Shown here piece after piece: positions 41,222 through 50,277 of a stretch of 58,259 bases of DNA. The first letter of the stretch is position 1, and every line of letters starts with the position of its first letter. The notes under the pieces are model-generated. The model worked only from the letters and a program-made list of their open reading frames with translations. It made no database searches and had not been told where the DNA came from. Location: NCBI GenBank assembly GCA_016204275.1, contig JACQKZ010000012.1, positions 1-58,259 of the forward strand, read 5' to 3'. Made by a program: the position numbers and the translations under genes. The stretch is from Nanobdellati archaeon (lineage in GTDB: Archaea; Nanobdellota; Nanobdellia; UBA10117).

Positions 41222-41307
41222 ATACCAAATCATGCGCGTAAGAACATTCGGCAATTGCCGTTTGGAGATAACGCTAACACGTTTGGCGGATTCTCTTTGG
41301 AGAAAAA

Positions 41308-41538
41308 ATGGATTTTGAAAGACCGTTGGATGCGCTCAATGCGGCGCGGAACAAACGCGTGTTAGTAGAACTAAAAAACAAGCATCAGGTTCTTGGCCAG
41401 CTGAAGGCATTCGACATTCACATAAATATAGTATTAGATGATGCCGAAGAAAGAGACGAAGATGGCAAGACAGCCAGAAAATTAGGGCAGGTCTTCATCC
41501 GCGGCGACATGATTGTTTTTGTCAGCCCTGCAACTTGA
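41308..41538 (+). CDS. Sm-like (LSm/SmAP) protein
   Basis: RPLDAL, GQLKAFDIHINIVL, IRGD; upstream of rpl37e. Confidence 0.94.
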   Translation: MDFERPLDALNAARNKRVLVELKNKHQVLGQLKAFDIHINIVLDDAEERDEDGKTARKLGQVFIRGDMIVFVSPAT

Positions 41539-41571
41539 AAAGCTTAAAAACCCGAATTTTAGTTTCTTACT

Positions 41572-41754
41572 ATGACAAAAGGCACGCCATCAGAAGGCAA
41601 GAAGAGTGGAAAGGTATCGCACATCAGATGTAGGAGATGCGGCTACCCTGCGTACCACAGGCAGGCCAGGCGCTGCGCGAAGTGCGGCTTTCCGGATGCA
41701 AAGATAAGGAAGTACGCATGGCAGAGCAAGAGATTAGGCAAAAGACTTTTTTAG
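41572..41754 (+). CDS. rpl37e: 50S ribosomal protein L37e
   Basis: MTKGTPS, HIRCRRCG, CAKCGF. Confidence 0.95.
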   Translation: MTKGTPSEGKKSGKVSHIRCRRCGYPAYHRQARRCAKCGFPDAKIRKYAWQSKRLGKRLF

Positions 41755-41767
41755 ATGCTTGTTAACT

Positions 41768-41859
41768 ATTGCGTTCGGCAAAGCCGAATGCAATTAAAGC
41801 GCCAGCCGATTCCTTCAAAAAGGAGGTCTCGCAAACCAAAGTTTGCGAAATCGCGGCTG
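41768..41859. repeat. Hairpin-repeat element related to tRNA intron sequences
   Basis: ATTGCGTTCGGCAAAGCCGAATGCAAT (25/27 identical to 54162..54188) plus CAGCCG...CGGCTG branched hairpin. Confidence 0.7.
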
Positions 41860-41895
41860 TGGTAGAGCAAGAGATTAGGAAAGAGGCTGTTTTAA
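41860..41895 (+). pseudogene. Orphan copy of rpl37e 3' end
   Basis: W*SKRLGKRLF* versus WQSKRLGKRLF* (41719..41754); 30/36 nt identical. Confidence 0.85.
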
Positions 41896-41936
41896 CACCA
41901 TTTAATTTTTAAACCATAATTTACGTTTTATTTCGT

Positions 41937-42126
41937 GGGTCCGTAGCTCAGTCTGGCTAGAGCGCCTGCCTCTTAATATTAAGAGCAAGCAGGATGTCGC
42001 GAGTTCGAAACGGAGATGCCTTCCGTTGGGTTGTGTAACAACCCGACCCGGGGAGGGTCAGGATGAGCGTCCAACTGGGGAGGGGTGGAACCCCTCCGCG
42101 GTTCCGAGAAAGTCTCGTCGGGCCCG
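41937..42126 (+). tRNA. tRNA-Lys(CTT) with introns at 37/38 (41976..41987) and 59/60 (42010..42112)
   Basis: 75-nt cloverleaf after removing introns; BHB-like junctions (CTCT/AGAG; TTC/GAA). Confidence 0.88.
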
Positions 42127-42127
42127 C

Positions 42128-42358
42128 GGGCTGGTAGTCCAACCTGGTACGGCTTTCAAAGCCGCAGGAAAGAACGTCTGCTTTGCAACAGCAGCCTTTC
42201 TTTTTATTGCGAAAAGAAAGGCTCCTGGGCATCCAAAGAAAAGCGCGAGGGCATCTCGTGTTACTCGATGCCCAATGTCAGAAGAGCAGAAGGCTAGGGG
42301 TTCAAACAAGACGAAACTAGTTTTGCTAGTTTCTTGTCAGAAAATCCCCTCCAGTCCA
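42128..42358 (+). tRNA. tRNA-Ala(TGC) with three introns: 20/21 (42149..42170), 37/38 (42188..42284), 59/60 (42307..42344)
   Basis: 74-nt cloverleaf with G3-U70 and A73 after removing introns; BHB-like junctions. Confidence 0.87.
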
Positions 42359-42445
42359 CTTATGATAAAAACCAAGTTTTTGGCATTTCGCCAACAGAGT
42401 TCGGCGTTACAAACTTTTTTAAAACATCAATGTAGCTTTATTTTT

Positions 42446-42629
42446 GGGCCCGTAACTCAGCTTGGTTAGAGTGGCAGCCTTTTACGGCAGCCTTTCTTTT
42501 TTGCGAAAGAAAGGCTCCCGGGCATCCAAAGAAAATGCGATGGCATCTACGATGCCATAAACTTTGGATAACTGAGAAGAGAGCTGCAAGTCGAGGGTTC
42601 GAATATAATAGAAAATCCCTCCGGGCCCG
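42446..42629 (+). tRNA. tRNA-Lys(TTT) with introns at 37/38 (42485..42581) and 59/60 (42604..42615)
   Basis: 75-nt cloverleaf GGGCCCG/CGGGCCC-G, GCAGC/GCTGC anticodon stem. Confidence 0.88.
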
Positions 42630-42630
42630 C

Positions 42631-43143
42631 CTATTTCACAACTTCCAGCTCAACCAAAACTTCTGCAGTTGGCAGTAGCCAGCAGAAAAACCTTTCATAA
42701 ATTGCAGGAAATAAATTTATCAGCGGGTTAATTATTGGATTCAAAAATATCATCTCTGTCCGCGTAAAATTAAATCTTCGCGAGTTAATCTTGAATTTCA
42801 CAGGCGCGTAAAACGAAAAATCGGAAAAATAATCAAACGTAAATGCAGAGAAAAGCCGTTTATGGTCTGGATCGCGCCACGATACGCCGCAGCTAAAATG
42901 CGGGCTTCGCGTGCGTATTATCGCGCCAGGCTTGCAAATTCTTTTTAGCTCTTTCATGCAGGCCACTAAATCTGAAACGTGCTCAAGGACATGGGAAGCA
43001 AATACCTCGCTAAATGTGTTATCTGCCCAGGGCCACGGCGTTTTGTTTAAATCATGAACAACATCAATGCCCTGCAGTTTGAGCCCATCATGGTTTATCC
43101 AGCCAGCCCGTATGTCTAGGCCAGCCCCTAAGTTCAGCTTCAT
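42631..43143 (-). CDS. Class I SAM-dependent methyltransferase (type 11-like)
   Basis: LNLGAG, VVHDLN, SHVLEH, RICKPG. Confidence 0.88.
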   Translation of the reverse strand: MKLNLGAGLDIRAGWINHDGLKLQGIDVVHDLNKTPWPWADNTFSEVFASHVLEHVSDLVACMKELKRICKPGAIIRTRSPHFSCGVSWRDPDHKRLFSAFTFDYFSDFSFYAPVKFKINSRRFNFTRTEMIFLNPIINPLINLFPAIYERFFCWLLPTAEVLVELEVVK

Positions 43144-43193
43144 GCATTTTTGCAGAATGAAACATTTATAAAATATGTGCCTGTCCGGTATAC

Positions 43194-44627
43194 ATGGTCG
43201 AACCCGAAAGATTGGAGAAACTCAACGCGCTAATCAAAGCAGGCATCGAGCCGTATCCATACTCATTCGGTAAAACACACGACGCAAAAGACATAGTTGA
43301 AAATTTCCCGAAATACGAGAACCAAAAAGTTTCCGTGGCTGGCCGGCTTATGTCTATCCGCGAGCATGGCAAGCTGGCCTTTGGGGATCTGCAGGACGGC
43401 TCAGGCAGGGTCCAGTTATGGCTCGGCGCGGAAGATTTGGGAAAAGATTTTGATCTTCTGAAATACATAGAAACCGGCGACATAATTGGTGTTCATGGAA
43501 TAGCAACAAAAACAAAGCGCGGCGAAATATCCGTAAAAGCAGATAAGCTGATTCTTCTTACAAAGACCCTGCGCAACTTGCCAAGCCAGTGGTATGGCCT
43601 GAAAGATATCGAAATCAGATACAGGCAAAGATATCTGGATTTAATTATGACTCCGGAACTCAAACAAAATTTTATTATTCGGACAAAAATAGTAGATGCA
43701 ATCCGAGAATTTCTAAATAAAAAAAGTTTTATTGAGGCAGACACGCCAGTCCTGCAGCCAATTTATGGCGGGGCAGCGGCACACCCGTTTGAAACATATT
43801 TGCGCGATTTGAAAATGAAGGTATATCTGCGGACTTCAAATGAATTGTATCTGAAAAGATTAATAGTTGGCGGATTTGAAAAAGTCTATGAATTTTCAAA
43901 AGATTTTAGAAACGAGTCTATAGATACAACACACAATCCTGAATTCACGCAGGTTGAAATCTATGAGTCATATGCGGACAGAGACAAAATCGCAGATTTG
44001 TTTGAAGAACTCTACGCCTTCGTTGCAAAAAAAATCTTGGGAACAACAAAAATAACTTACCAAGGCCATAAAGTTGATTTGAGCAAGTGGAAACGGCTTA
44101 CGATGATAGATGCAATTAAAGAAAAATACAAAATAGACGTACTTGCCATGGATAAAAAAGAATTATTAAATTTCGCGGAAAGTAAAAAGGCAAAAGTATC
44201 TGGCGAAGAGACTGAAGGTGAGATGATTAACGCAATATTTGAAACGTTTGACAAAGAAATAATTCAGCCAACTTTGATAATGGATCATCCAAAAGAAACA
44301 ACGCCGCTTTGCAAGGCCAGCCGAAAAAATCCGAACCTTGTAGAAAGATTTGAGCCGTTCTGCTGCGGCATGGAATTGGGAAATGCCTACTCAGAATTAA
44401 ACGATCCGATTATGCAGAGGAAATTGTTCGAGGGCCAGCTGAAGGGACGGGGTGCTGAAAAAGAATCATGGACATGCGAATTGGATGAAGATTTTCTGCG
44501 CGCGATGGAGTATGGCATGCCCCCAACAGGCGGAATAGGTATAGCAATTGACAGGCTGGCAATGTTATTAACAAACAGCGTATCAATACGCGATGTTATC
44601 CTGTTTCCGTTTATGTCGCGAGAGTAG
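43194..44627 (+). CDS. lysS: Lysine--tRNA ligase, class II
   Basis: YRQRYLDLI, GGAAAHPF, FRNE..D..HNPEFT, YGMPPTGG.G..IDRL. Confidence 0.96.
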   Translation: MVEPERLEKLNALIKAGIEPYPYSFGKTHDAKDIVENFPKYENQKVSVAGRLMSIREHGKLAFGDLQDGSGRVQLWLGAEDLGKDFDLLKYIETGDIIGVHGIATKTKRGEISVKADKLILLTKTLRNLPSQWYGLKDIEIRYRQRYLDLIMTPELKQNFIIRTKIVDAIREFLNKKSFIEADTPVLQPIYGGAAAHPFETYLRDLKMKVYLRTSNELYLKRLIVGGFEKVYEFSKDFRNESIDTTHNPEFTQVEIYESYADRDKIADLFEELYAFVAKKILGTTKITYQGHKVDLSKWKRLTMIDAIKEKYKIDVLAMDKKELLNFAESKKAKVSGEETEGEMINAIFETFDKEIIQPTLIMDHPKETTPLCKASRKNPNLVERFEPFCCGMELGNAYSELNDPIMQRKLFEGQLKGRGAEKESWTCELDEDFLRAMEYGMPPTGGIGIAIDRLAMLLTNSVSIRDVILFPFMSRE

Positions 44628-44669
44628 CGAGTGACGTTAGAAACTCAAGGAGTTTTATTATATTAGCGT

Positions 44670-45131
44670 TTAAATTAATCCATAATGTCCTATCTTTATA
44701 TCATCTGGTGTTGCTCTTCGCGCGCTAAACATTATGCCCAATCCAAATTCGGCGCACTCTTCTAGGAACAATTTCGCGCGCCAATAGTGTGGTAAATCTT
44801 GCTTTTTAACCTTAAAATCCCAATCCGCGATTTTCGCCATCTCCTTTACTTTTTTTGGATTCCAGATGGCGCTGCGAGTCTTTTCACTTTTTCCCCACGA
44901 TTTTTCTTTTTCTATTTTCCAATTTGTAGCTTTTCTAAATATGCGCATCGCCACATTATTCCGATCTTCCAGGGACCGTATTTTGTCATTCTTTATTAGT
45001 TTACTATGTTCTTTGGCTAGTTCTTCCCACGCTTGTGGCGTTGGCAACGCCAATCTAAAGTCTATAGGTAAAAATGCACTTGCGTCCATACCTATAAATT
45101 GAATTTCATTGGCGTTTATCATTTTATTCAA
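44670..45131 (-). CDS. Hypothetical protein (low-GC insert; paralog of next gene)
   Basis: YWRAKLFLEECAEFGLGIMF. Confidence 0.6.
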   Translation of the reverse strand: MNKMINANEIQFIGMDASAFLPIDFRLALPTPQAWEELAKEHSKLIKNDKIRSLEDRNNVAMRIFRKATNWKIEKEKSWGKSEKTRSAIWNPKKVKEMAKIADWDFKVKKQDLPHYWRAKLFLEECAEFGLGIMFSARRATPDDIKIGHYGLI

Positions 45132-45537
45132 AGTATATTCCTAAATTTAGTTCTGCACATAACTGTAAAAACCACCTTGCTGACCAATATGTGCTTATCT
45201 CGACCACATCAATTTCAAAATTCCAGTTTGCGTTTTTGTTTATTTCCCTTACAGTTTTACTAGACCACACCACAGCTCCAGGATTTCTCCGGTCTAATAT
45301 TTTTTTGCCTATCGCTGGTTCTAGTATGTGCCACCCATGCAGACTACAATCTTCTAGTTGGAAATCTGGATCAATTCCATTTGATTCTAATTTTTTACGA
45401 AGTGCCTCAAACTTAACTTTATATTTCTTACCTACGTCAAAGCCCTTATGCCACACTTCACTAGGTTTACAGTCAAATGCATGTGCGCTTATTCCCATTT
45501 TAGCTTTTCTCCTTTTGTAAAATCTGTGTGCCCGCAC
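45124..45537 (-). CDS. Hypothetical protein (low-GC insert)
   Basis: YWSARWFLQLCAELNLGIYF; start may be the internal MGISAH. Confidence 0.6.
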   Translation of the reverse strand: MRAHRFYKRRKAKMGISAHAFDCKPSEVWHKGFDVGKKYKVKFEALRKKLESNGIDPDFQLEDCSLHGWHILEPAIGKKILDRRNPGAVVWSSKTVREINKNANWNFEIDVVEISTYWSARWFLQLCAELNLGIYFE

Positions 45538-45809
45538 CTTTCACACCAAAAGTGTATCGAGCCATCCGAATTATTGGAATATGTTACTGTTGTACCGCTG
45601 CCCAGACCGCCACAATTTTTGCAAGGCGCAGTACAACAAATAATCTTAAATTTATATGCTTTATGTTTTTCTATTTTTTGGTATGTATTTTTAATCTCTT
45701 TTATCTCTTTAACACTTAGTTTTTTCCCGTAAAACTTTTCTTGTTTTTGTATTATTAATCCAACTTCGTAGTTGCGTATTTTCTTTAGTGCGTTCTTATA
45801 GGGTTTCAT
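45489..45809 (-). CDS. Putative Zn-ribbon protein (low-GC insert)
   Basis: CKNCGG ... CERCGH. Confidence 0.55.
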   Translation of the reverse strand: MKPYKNALKKIRNYEVGLIIQKQEKFYGKKLSVKEIKEIKNTYQKIEKHKAYKFKIICCTAPCKNCGGLGSGTTVTYSNNSDGSIHFWCERCGHTDFTKGEKLKWE

Positions 45810-45837
45810 TTTATCTTGTTATTTATCAAGACTTTAA

Positions 45838-45954
<117 letters not shown>

Positions 45955-46029
45955 CAAATAATTATGCACTCGGTTCAGCGAAACAAATAAAAACCTTTTG
46001 TTATAAAAAATACAGATCATTGGTGTAGC

Positions 46030-47070
46030 ATGTCAAAACAAATTCTTGCGGAGTATATCTGGATTGATGGCCAGACGCCAACAAAGAAGCTGCGCTCCAA
46101 AACGCGCGTGCTGGACTTGGTTGATGGGGCATCCCATGGCCAGCTTCCTGATTGGACGTCAGACGGCTCAAGCACCGCCCAAGCCCAGACAACGCAAAGC
46201 GATATTATTTTGCGCCCAGTTCATTACATTCCTGATCCAATACGGGGCCAGCCACACATACTAGTGATGTGCGAAGTTTTCAATGCGGATGGTACGCCGC
46301 ATAAATCTAACACGCGGGCGCGATTACGCGCTGCCGCAGAAAATTCCAAGGACGCGGAGCCATGGTTCGGAATCGAGCAGGAGTATACTTTATACGATAG
46401 AGACGGCGTTCGCCCGCTGAGATGGCCGACTGGCGCTGGCTTTCCCGCACCGCAGGGCAGGTACTATTGCGGCGTTGGCAGCGATGAGGTTTATGGCCGC
46501 GAACTTATTGAAGCGCACCTGAAGGCCTGCCTGTCAGCTGGCCTGAAGATCGGTGGCATAAACGCAGAAGTAATGCCAGCACAATGGGAATTTCAGGTTG
46601 GCCCGCTCTCCCCGCTGCAAACTGCGGATGAACTATGGCTGGCCAGATGGCTCCTTTACAGAATTGGCGAAGATTATAAAATCAGTGCAAGGCTTGACCC
46701 GAAACCTGTGGGTGGAGATTGGAACGGCGCGGGCGCACACACGAATTTTAGTACGAAACAGATGCGCGAGGATGGTGGCATCGCACATATCAATGCAGCT
46801 TGTGAAAAGCTCAGAACAAGCCATGACGAGCACATCAAAGTCTATGGCGCGGGGAACGAGGAGCGCCTGACAGGCAAGCATGAAACCTGCGACATCCACA
46901 CATTCCGCTGGGGCGTTTCAGATCGCGGCGCGTCCGTCAGGGTTCCGCTCCATGTTGCGCAGGCAGGCAAGGGCTACCTAGAAGACCGCAGGCCAGCTGC
47001 AAATGCAGACCCGTATGAAGTATGCGCTGCTATTCTGGAAACTGCGTGTGGAATCAGAAAAATAGAATGA
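46030..47070 (+). CDS. glnII: Glutamine synthetase type II
   Basis: 346 aa; AEYIWIDG, WFGIEQEYTL, INAEVMPAQWEFQVGP, DWNGAGAHTNFST, RLTGKHET, GYLEDRRP. Confidence 0.92.
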   Translation: MSKQILAEYIWIDGQTPTKKLRSKTRVLDLVDGASHGQLPDWTSDGSSTAQAQTTQSDIILRPVHYIPDPIRGQPHILVMCEVFNADGTPHKSNTRARLRAAAENSKDAEPWFGIEQEYTLYDRDGVRPLRWPTGAGFPAPQGRYYCGVGSDEVYGRELIEAHLKACLSAGLKIGGINAEVMPAQWEFQVGPLSPLQTADELWLARWLLYRIGEDYKISARLDPKPVGGDWNGAGAHTNFSTKQMREDGGIAHINAACEKLRTSHDEHIKVYGAGNEERLTGKHETCDIHTFRWGVSDRGASVRVPLHVAQAGKGYLEDRRPAANADPYEVCAAILETACGIRKIE

Positions 47071-47071
47071 T

Positions 47072-47608
47072 ATGAAATCCGAAATATATATGTCTGTTGA
47101 TGTAGAAACAGCCGGCTCAATTCCGGGTAAATTCAGTATGCTGTCCATCGGCGCGTGCCTTATTGATGATACAACAAAAACATTTTACGCAGAGATTAAG
47201 CCAACTAATAAATACATACAAATTGGCGTGCCAAATTTTGTCCGTGATTTATTTTTAAAAGTTGAGCGCAGCGGTTTGAAGCCAAGAATTGCAATGAGCG
47301 CTTTTGAAGACTGGATAAGGCTGCATGCGAATGGTGGCAGGCCAGTCTTCGTAGGTTTTAATGCAACGTTTGACTGGCAGTTTACAAATTATTATTTCGT
47401 AAAATTTTTAGGAAGAAATCCATTTGGAATCAGCGGCTTAGATATTAAGGCGTATTACATGGGAAAATTTGGAACAAGCTGGTCAGAAACATCAAAAAGC
47501 AGAATTCCAGACTTTCTGAAATCTAATAAGAGACACACACATAATGCGCTTGATGATGCAATAGAACAGGCAGAATTATTTAATAATATTGCGAATACAA
47601 AATTATAA
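47072..47608 (+). CDS. DEDDh 3'-5' exonuclease
   Basis: SVDVET, NATFD, THNALDDA. Confidence 0.88.
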   Translation: MKSEIYMSVDVETAGSIPGKFSMLSIGACLIDDTTKTFYAEIKPTNKYIQIGVPNFVRDLFLKVERSGLKPRIAMSAFEDWIRLHANGGRPVFVGFNATFDWQFTNYYFVKFLGRNPFGISGLDIKAYYMGKFGTSWSETSKSRIPDFLKSNKRHTHNALDDAIEQAELFNNIANTKL

Positions 47609-47660
47609 CGTAATTTCAAACCCCGCCATTGGCATCCCAATTTAACAAAACATTTGGATG
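47603..47660 (-). pseudogene. Orphan diverged copy of pheT 3' end
   Basis: HPNVLLNW-(8-nt deletion)-MPMAGFEITL* versus pheT HPQVIKNWNLGMPVVGFEVSLNT* (50345..50416). Confidence 0.85.
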
Positions 47661-47662
47661 TT

Positions 47663-49264
47663 CTAGCTTGTTATGGGAGAAGGTGACGCGCGTGGGGGCT
47701 GAGTAGATATTAGTGCAGGTGTTGGTGGTGTTATCATTTGCATCGTTTGCTTATATGCGGCGGACATTATGCTCTGAGCAGAGACTCCACTTGGAAGTAC
47801 GACATATTTTAACGTTATAAAATCAAAAATGGCTGGTTTTAGAACGGCGTTTAGTTTTCCTGAACTGTTCCAGCCCGGAGCGTATTTACCAACGACTTTG
47901 CCGTCAGAATCTCTAACAACAACGTAATCAAATCCTCCAAACCACGCATGCTTTGCCTCATAATTAAACATTGGCGATGGCGAAGGTTTTGGCTCAGCAT
48001 CTTGCAGCTTGCTTGTTAAACCTTCTGGCTTGCCCTTTGCATCGTAGAACCTAATTGCTTCCGCAGCAACTTCTGCTGGCAATTCTGCTGGCTTGCCTGT
48101 ACTTGTATCCCAGAACTGGCCTTTGTATGCCATGCCTACAATGGTTCTGCCATCGCAACGCACTTCTGTGGATGGGAATAAACCAGTAAAACCACGATGA
48201 TATGTATATTTTAGTGCGGTAGACGCTCCTGTCGAAGCGGCACTTGCATCCATCACGGTGGCCTTTTGCGCCTTCAATTCTTCCCGCGTGGCTGTCAATT
48301 CGTTTTGCAGACTTATTCGTGCTTTCACAAGCTCATCTACTCTGGCGGCTAAAGTCATCTGCGGTTGCGCCTGTGGCGCAACTGGTGTTACGGGTGCCGT
48401 TGGTATTACTGGCGTTACCTGTGTTGCAGATAATGGCGGCGCTTGTGGCTGTTGAGGTGTGGTTGCTGAACCCTCAGACTTGGGGTGGGCTGAAATAACC
48501 GGCATTACTTTTTTCTGCTCCACTAAATAAAACTCATGCAGCTCTTTTTCAGATGGCATGACTGGTACGCTATGAGTTGCAATAACTTCTATTTCGCCAG
48601 AAGGTCCAAGCATATATCTGACAAAACCGCTGCCATCCTGCAAAACATAAGTCACAACTCCGGTTTTTGGGTCGTAAGCATTTTTCGGTTTTTTCATCGT
48701 GAGAATCGTAGTACTATCCAGCTGTGGCTTGCCAATTATGTACGGCGCCCTCATGGTTTTATATGCAGATATTACAGCATTCGCACTAGCAGCGCAAGGC
48801 AGCGTAACATACCTAGACGTTGCAGCATCAAGAACTACTACTGTTCCATAGGTGTCTAAGCCTGCAACATATTTGCCAATAACTTTACCTGTTATATCTC
48901 TAACAATAACATGATCTTCGAAAAACCACGCCCGCCTTGCCTCATAACTAAACGGCTGAGATAATCTTTTCTCGAGCGAATCAATTAACTCATTCTGCTT
49001 TTGAAATTCCATTGCCGTTTGCGCGACAGGCTCAAATTTTTTTAAGACTGCCGGTGCATCAGCGGGCTGATGTTCTTGGCCTATCGACATTTCCGCGGCG
49101 CGATAAACCAAGGACACAGGCATATTAAATAGGCTAGCCACAGTTTGGCCGGGCGAGATTTCATCGAGCTCTATTCCAAACCTATCAGCAATTATATCAA
49201 AATACTGTTCTACAGTCCGTTGCGATTTATTTTGTCCGGTTGCTTCGGTTGGATTAGCTATCAT
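47663..49264 (-). CDS. Hypothetical protein with internal domain duplication, Pro-rich linkers and coiled coil
   Basis: FSYEARRAWF..VIVRDITGKVIGKYVAG repeated as FNYEAKHAWF..VVVRDSDGKVVGKYAPG. Confidence 0.7.
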   Translation of the reverse strand: MIANPTEATGQNKSQRTVEQYFDIIADRFGIELDEISPGQTVASLFNMPVSLVYRAAEMSIGQEHQPADAPAVLKKFEPVAQTAMEFQKQNELIDSLEKRLSQPFSYEARRAWFFEDHVIVRDITGKVIGKYVAGLDTYGTVVVLDAATSRYVTLPCAASANAVISAYKTMRAPYIIGKPQLDSTTILTMKKPKNAYDPKTGVVTYVLQDGSGFVRYMLGPSGEIEVIATHSVPVMPSEKELHEFYLVEQKKVMPVISAHPKSEGSATTPQQPQAPPLSATQVTPVIPTAPVTPVAPQAQPQMTLAARVDELVKARISLQNELTATREELKAQKATVMDASAASTGASTALKYTYHRGFTGLFPSTEVRCDGRTIVGMAYKGQFWDTSTGKPAELPAEVAAEAIRFYDAKGKPEGLTSKLQDAEPKPSPSPMFNYEAKHAWFGGFDYVVVRDSDGKVVGKYAPGWNSSGKLNAVLKPAIFDFITLKYVVLPSGVSAQSIMSAAYKQTMQMITPPTPALISTQPPRASPSPITS

Positions 49265-49300
49265 TTTAAGGTTCAATACTGCCGAAAGGTATATAAATAT

Positions 49301-49319
49301 GTATAGTAGCATACTATAC
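49301..49319. promoter_or_regulatory. Palindromic operator candidate GTATAGTA-N3-TACTATAC
   Basis: Perfect 8-bp inverted repeat between the TATA box (about 49291) and regulator ATG (49324). Confidence 0.6.
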
Positions 49320-49323
49320 TACA

Positions 49324-50277
49324 ATGGATACCGAAATACAAAAATTATTAGGACTGACAGAGCAACAATTAGACATTTTGAAAGGAATAGATCGTACTTC
49401 TACCTTGGGCAAGTCAAGACCAAAAGATATCGAACAAGCCTACAAAACGCTTACTGGAAAGCTAATACAAAAATCAAATATGTTTGCACAATTACGAGAA
49501 CTACAACTAGGAGAATTTGTAATAAAAACAAATAGTTTTTATTATGTAAATAAAAATAAAATAAAACAGGTATTACTTGAGAAGAAAAAAATCTTAGGCA
49601 ATGAAGTTAGCAAATGCGAGGCCCTAACTAAAAATATAGATAATTTTTTTAAGTCTGGCTCAGAGCCAACCATACTTAGATGCCTAAACAAAGAACAATT
49701 ATTCGAACACAACTTAAAGGTATTGCGTGATGCAGAGATTTTATGCAAAATCGGAGATATGCCTAACGTTTTACAATCAGATATTTATAAACAAAACTTA
49801 GGCTCGCATGAATATTCACGCATCTTGATAGAAAAATGTTCTAAAGGCCAGTTCACTGCAAAATATATAGTATCACTTAGGCCTGAAAAAACGTTCTTAA
49901 GATTATTCTCTAAAATAAAAGATAAAAAGAGAACTTACGAGTTAACTGCAATCTGCTATGATAATCTAATAAAACTACTAACCATACCAAATTTACAGTT
50001 CAGATATTTATCAATAGAATTTGGCACGTTTAATCTCGCTATTGGGCCAACTATGGCTTCATTACAATTACCGCTACGCACTTCAGTTTATGAACTCGCT
50101 GGCGGCATAATTATAGAAAATAAAGATATTTGCGAATCATACAACACAATGTTTGATAAGTTATATGAATCTGCGCAACCAATAAACATACAGTTAGTTA
50201 AGAAAATTGCGCGCAAAAACCTTAAAGAACTTCGCGATAGCATGGATAAGCTAATAAAAGAATATGGCTTTGACTGA
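49324..50277 (+). CDS. TrmB-like transcriptional regulator
   Basis: LLGLTEQQLDIL N-terminal wHTH pattern; C-terminal IIENKDICESYNTMFDKLYESA. Confidence 0.6.
   Translation: MDTEIQKLLGLTEQQLDILKGIDRTSTLGKSRPKDIEQAYKTLTGKLIQKSNMFAQLRELQLGEFVIKTNSFYYVNKNKIKQVLLEKKKILGNEVSKCEALTKNIDNFFKSGSEPTILRCLNKEQLFEHNLKVLRDAEILCKIGDMPNVLQSDIYKQNLGSHEYSRILIEKCSKGQFTAKYIVSLRPEKTFLRLFSKIKDKKRTYELTAICYDNLIKLLTIPNLQFRYLSIEFGTFNLAIGPTMASLQLPLRTSVYELAGGIIIENKDICESYNTMFDKLYESAQPINIQLVKKIARKNLKELRDSMDKLIKEYGFD

Noticed and set aside
41957..42469. Several ORFs over the tRNA cluster
   Set aside because: Explained by GC-rich intron-containing tRNA genes
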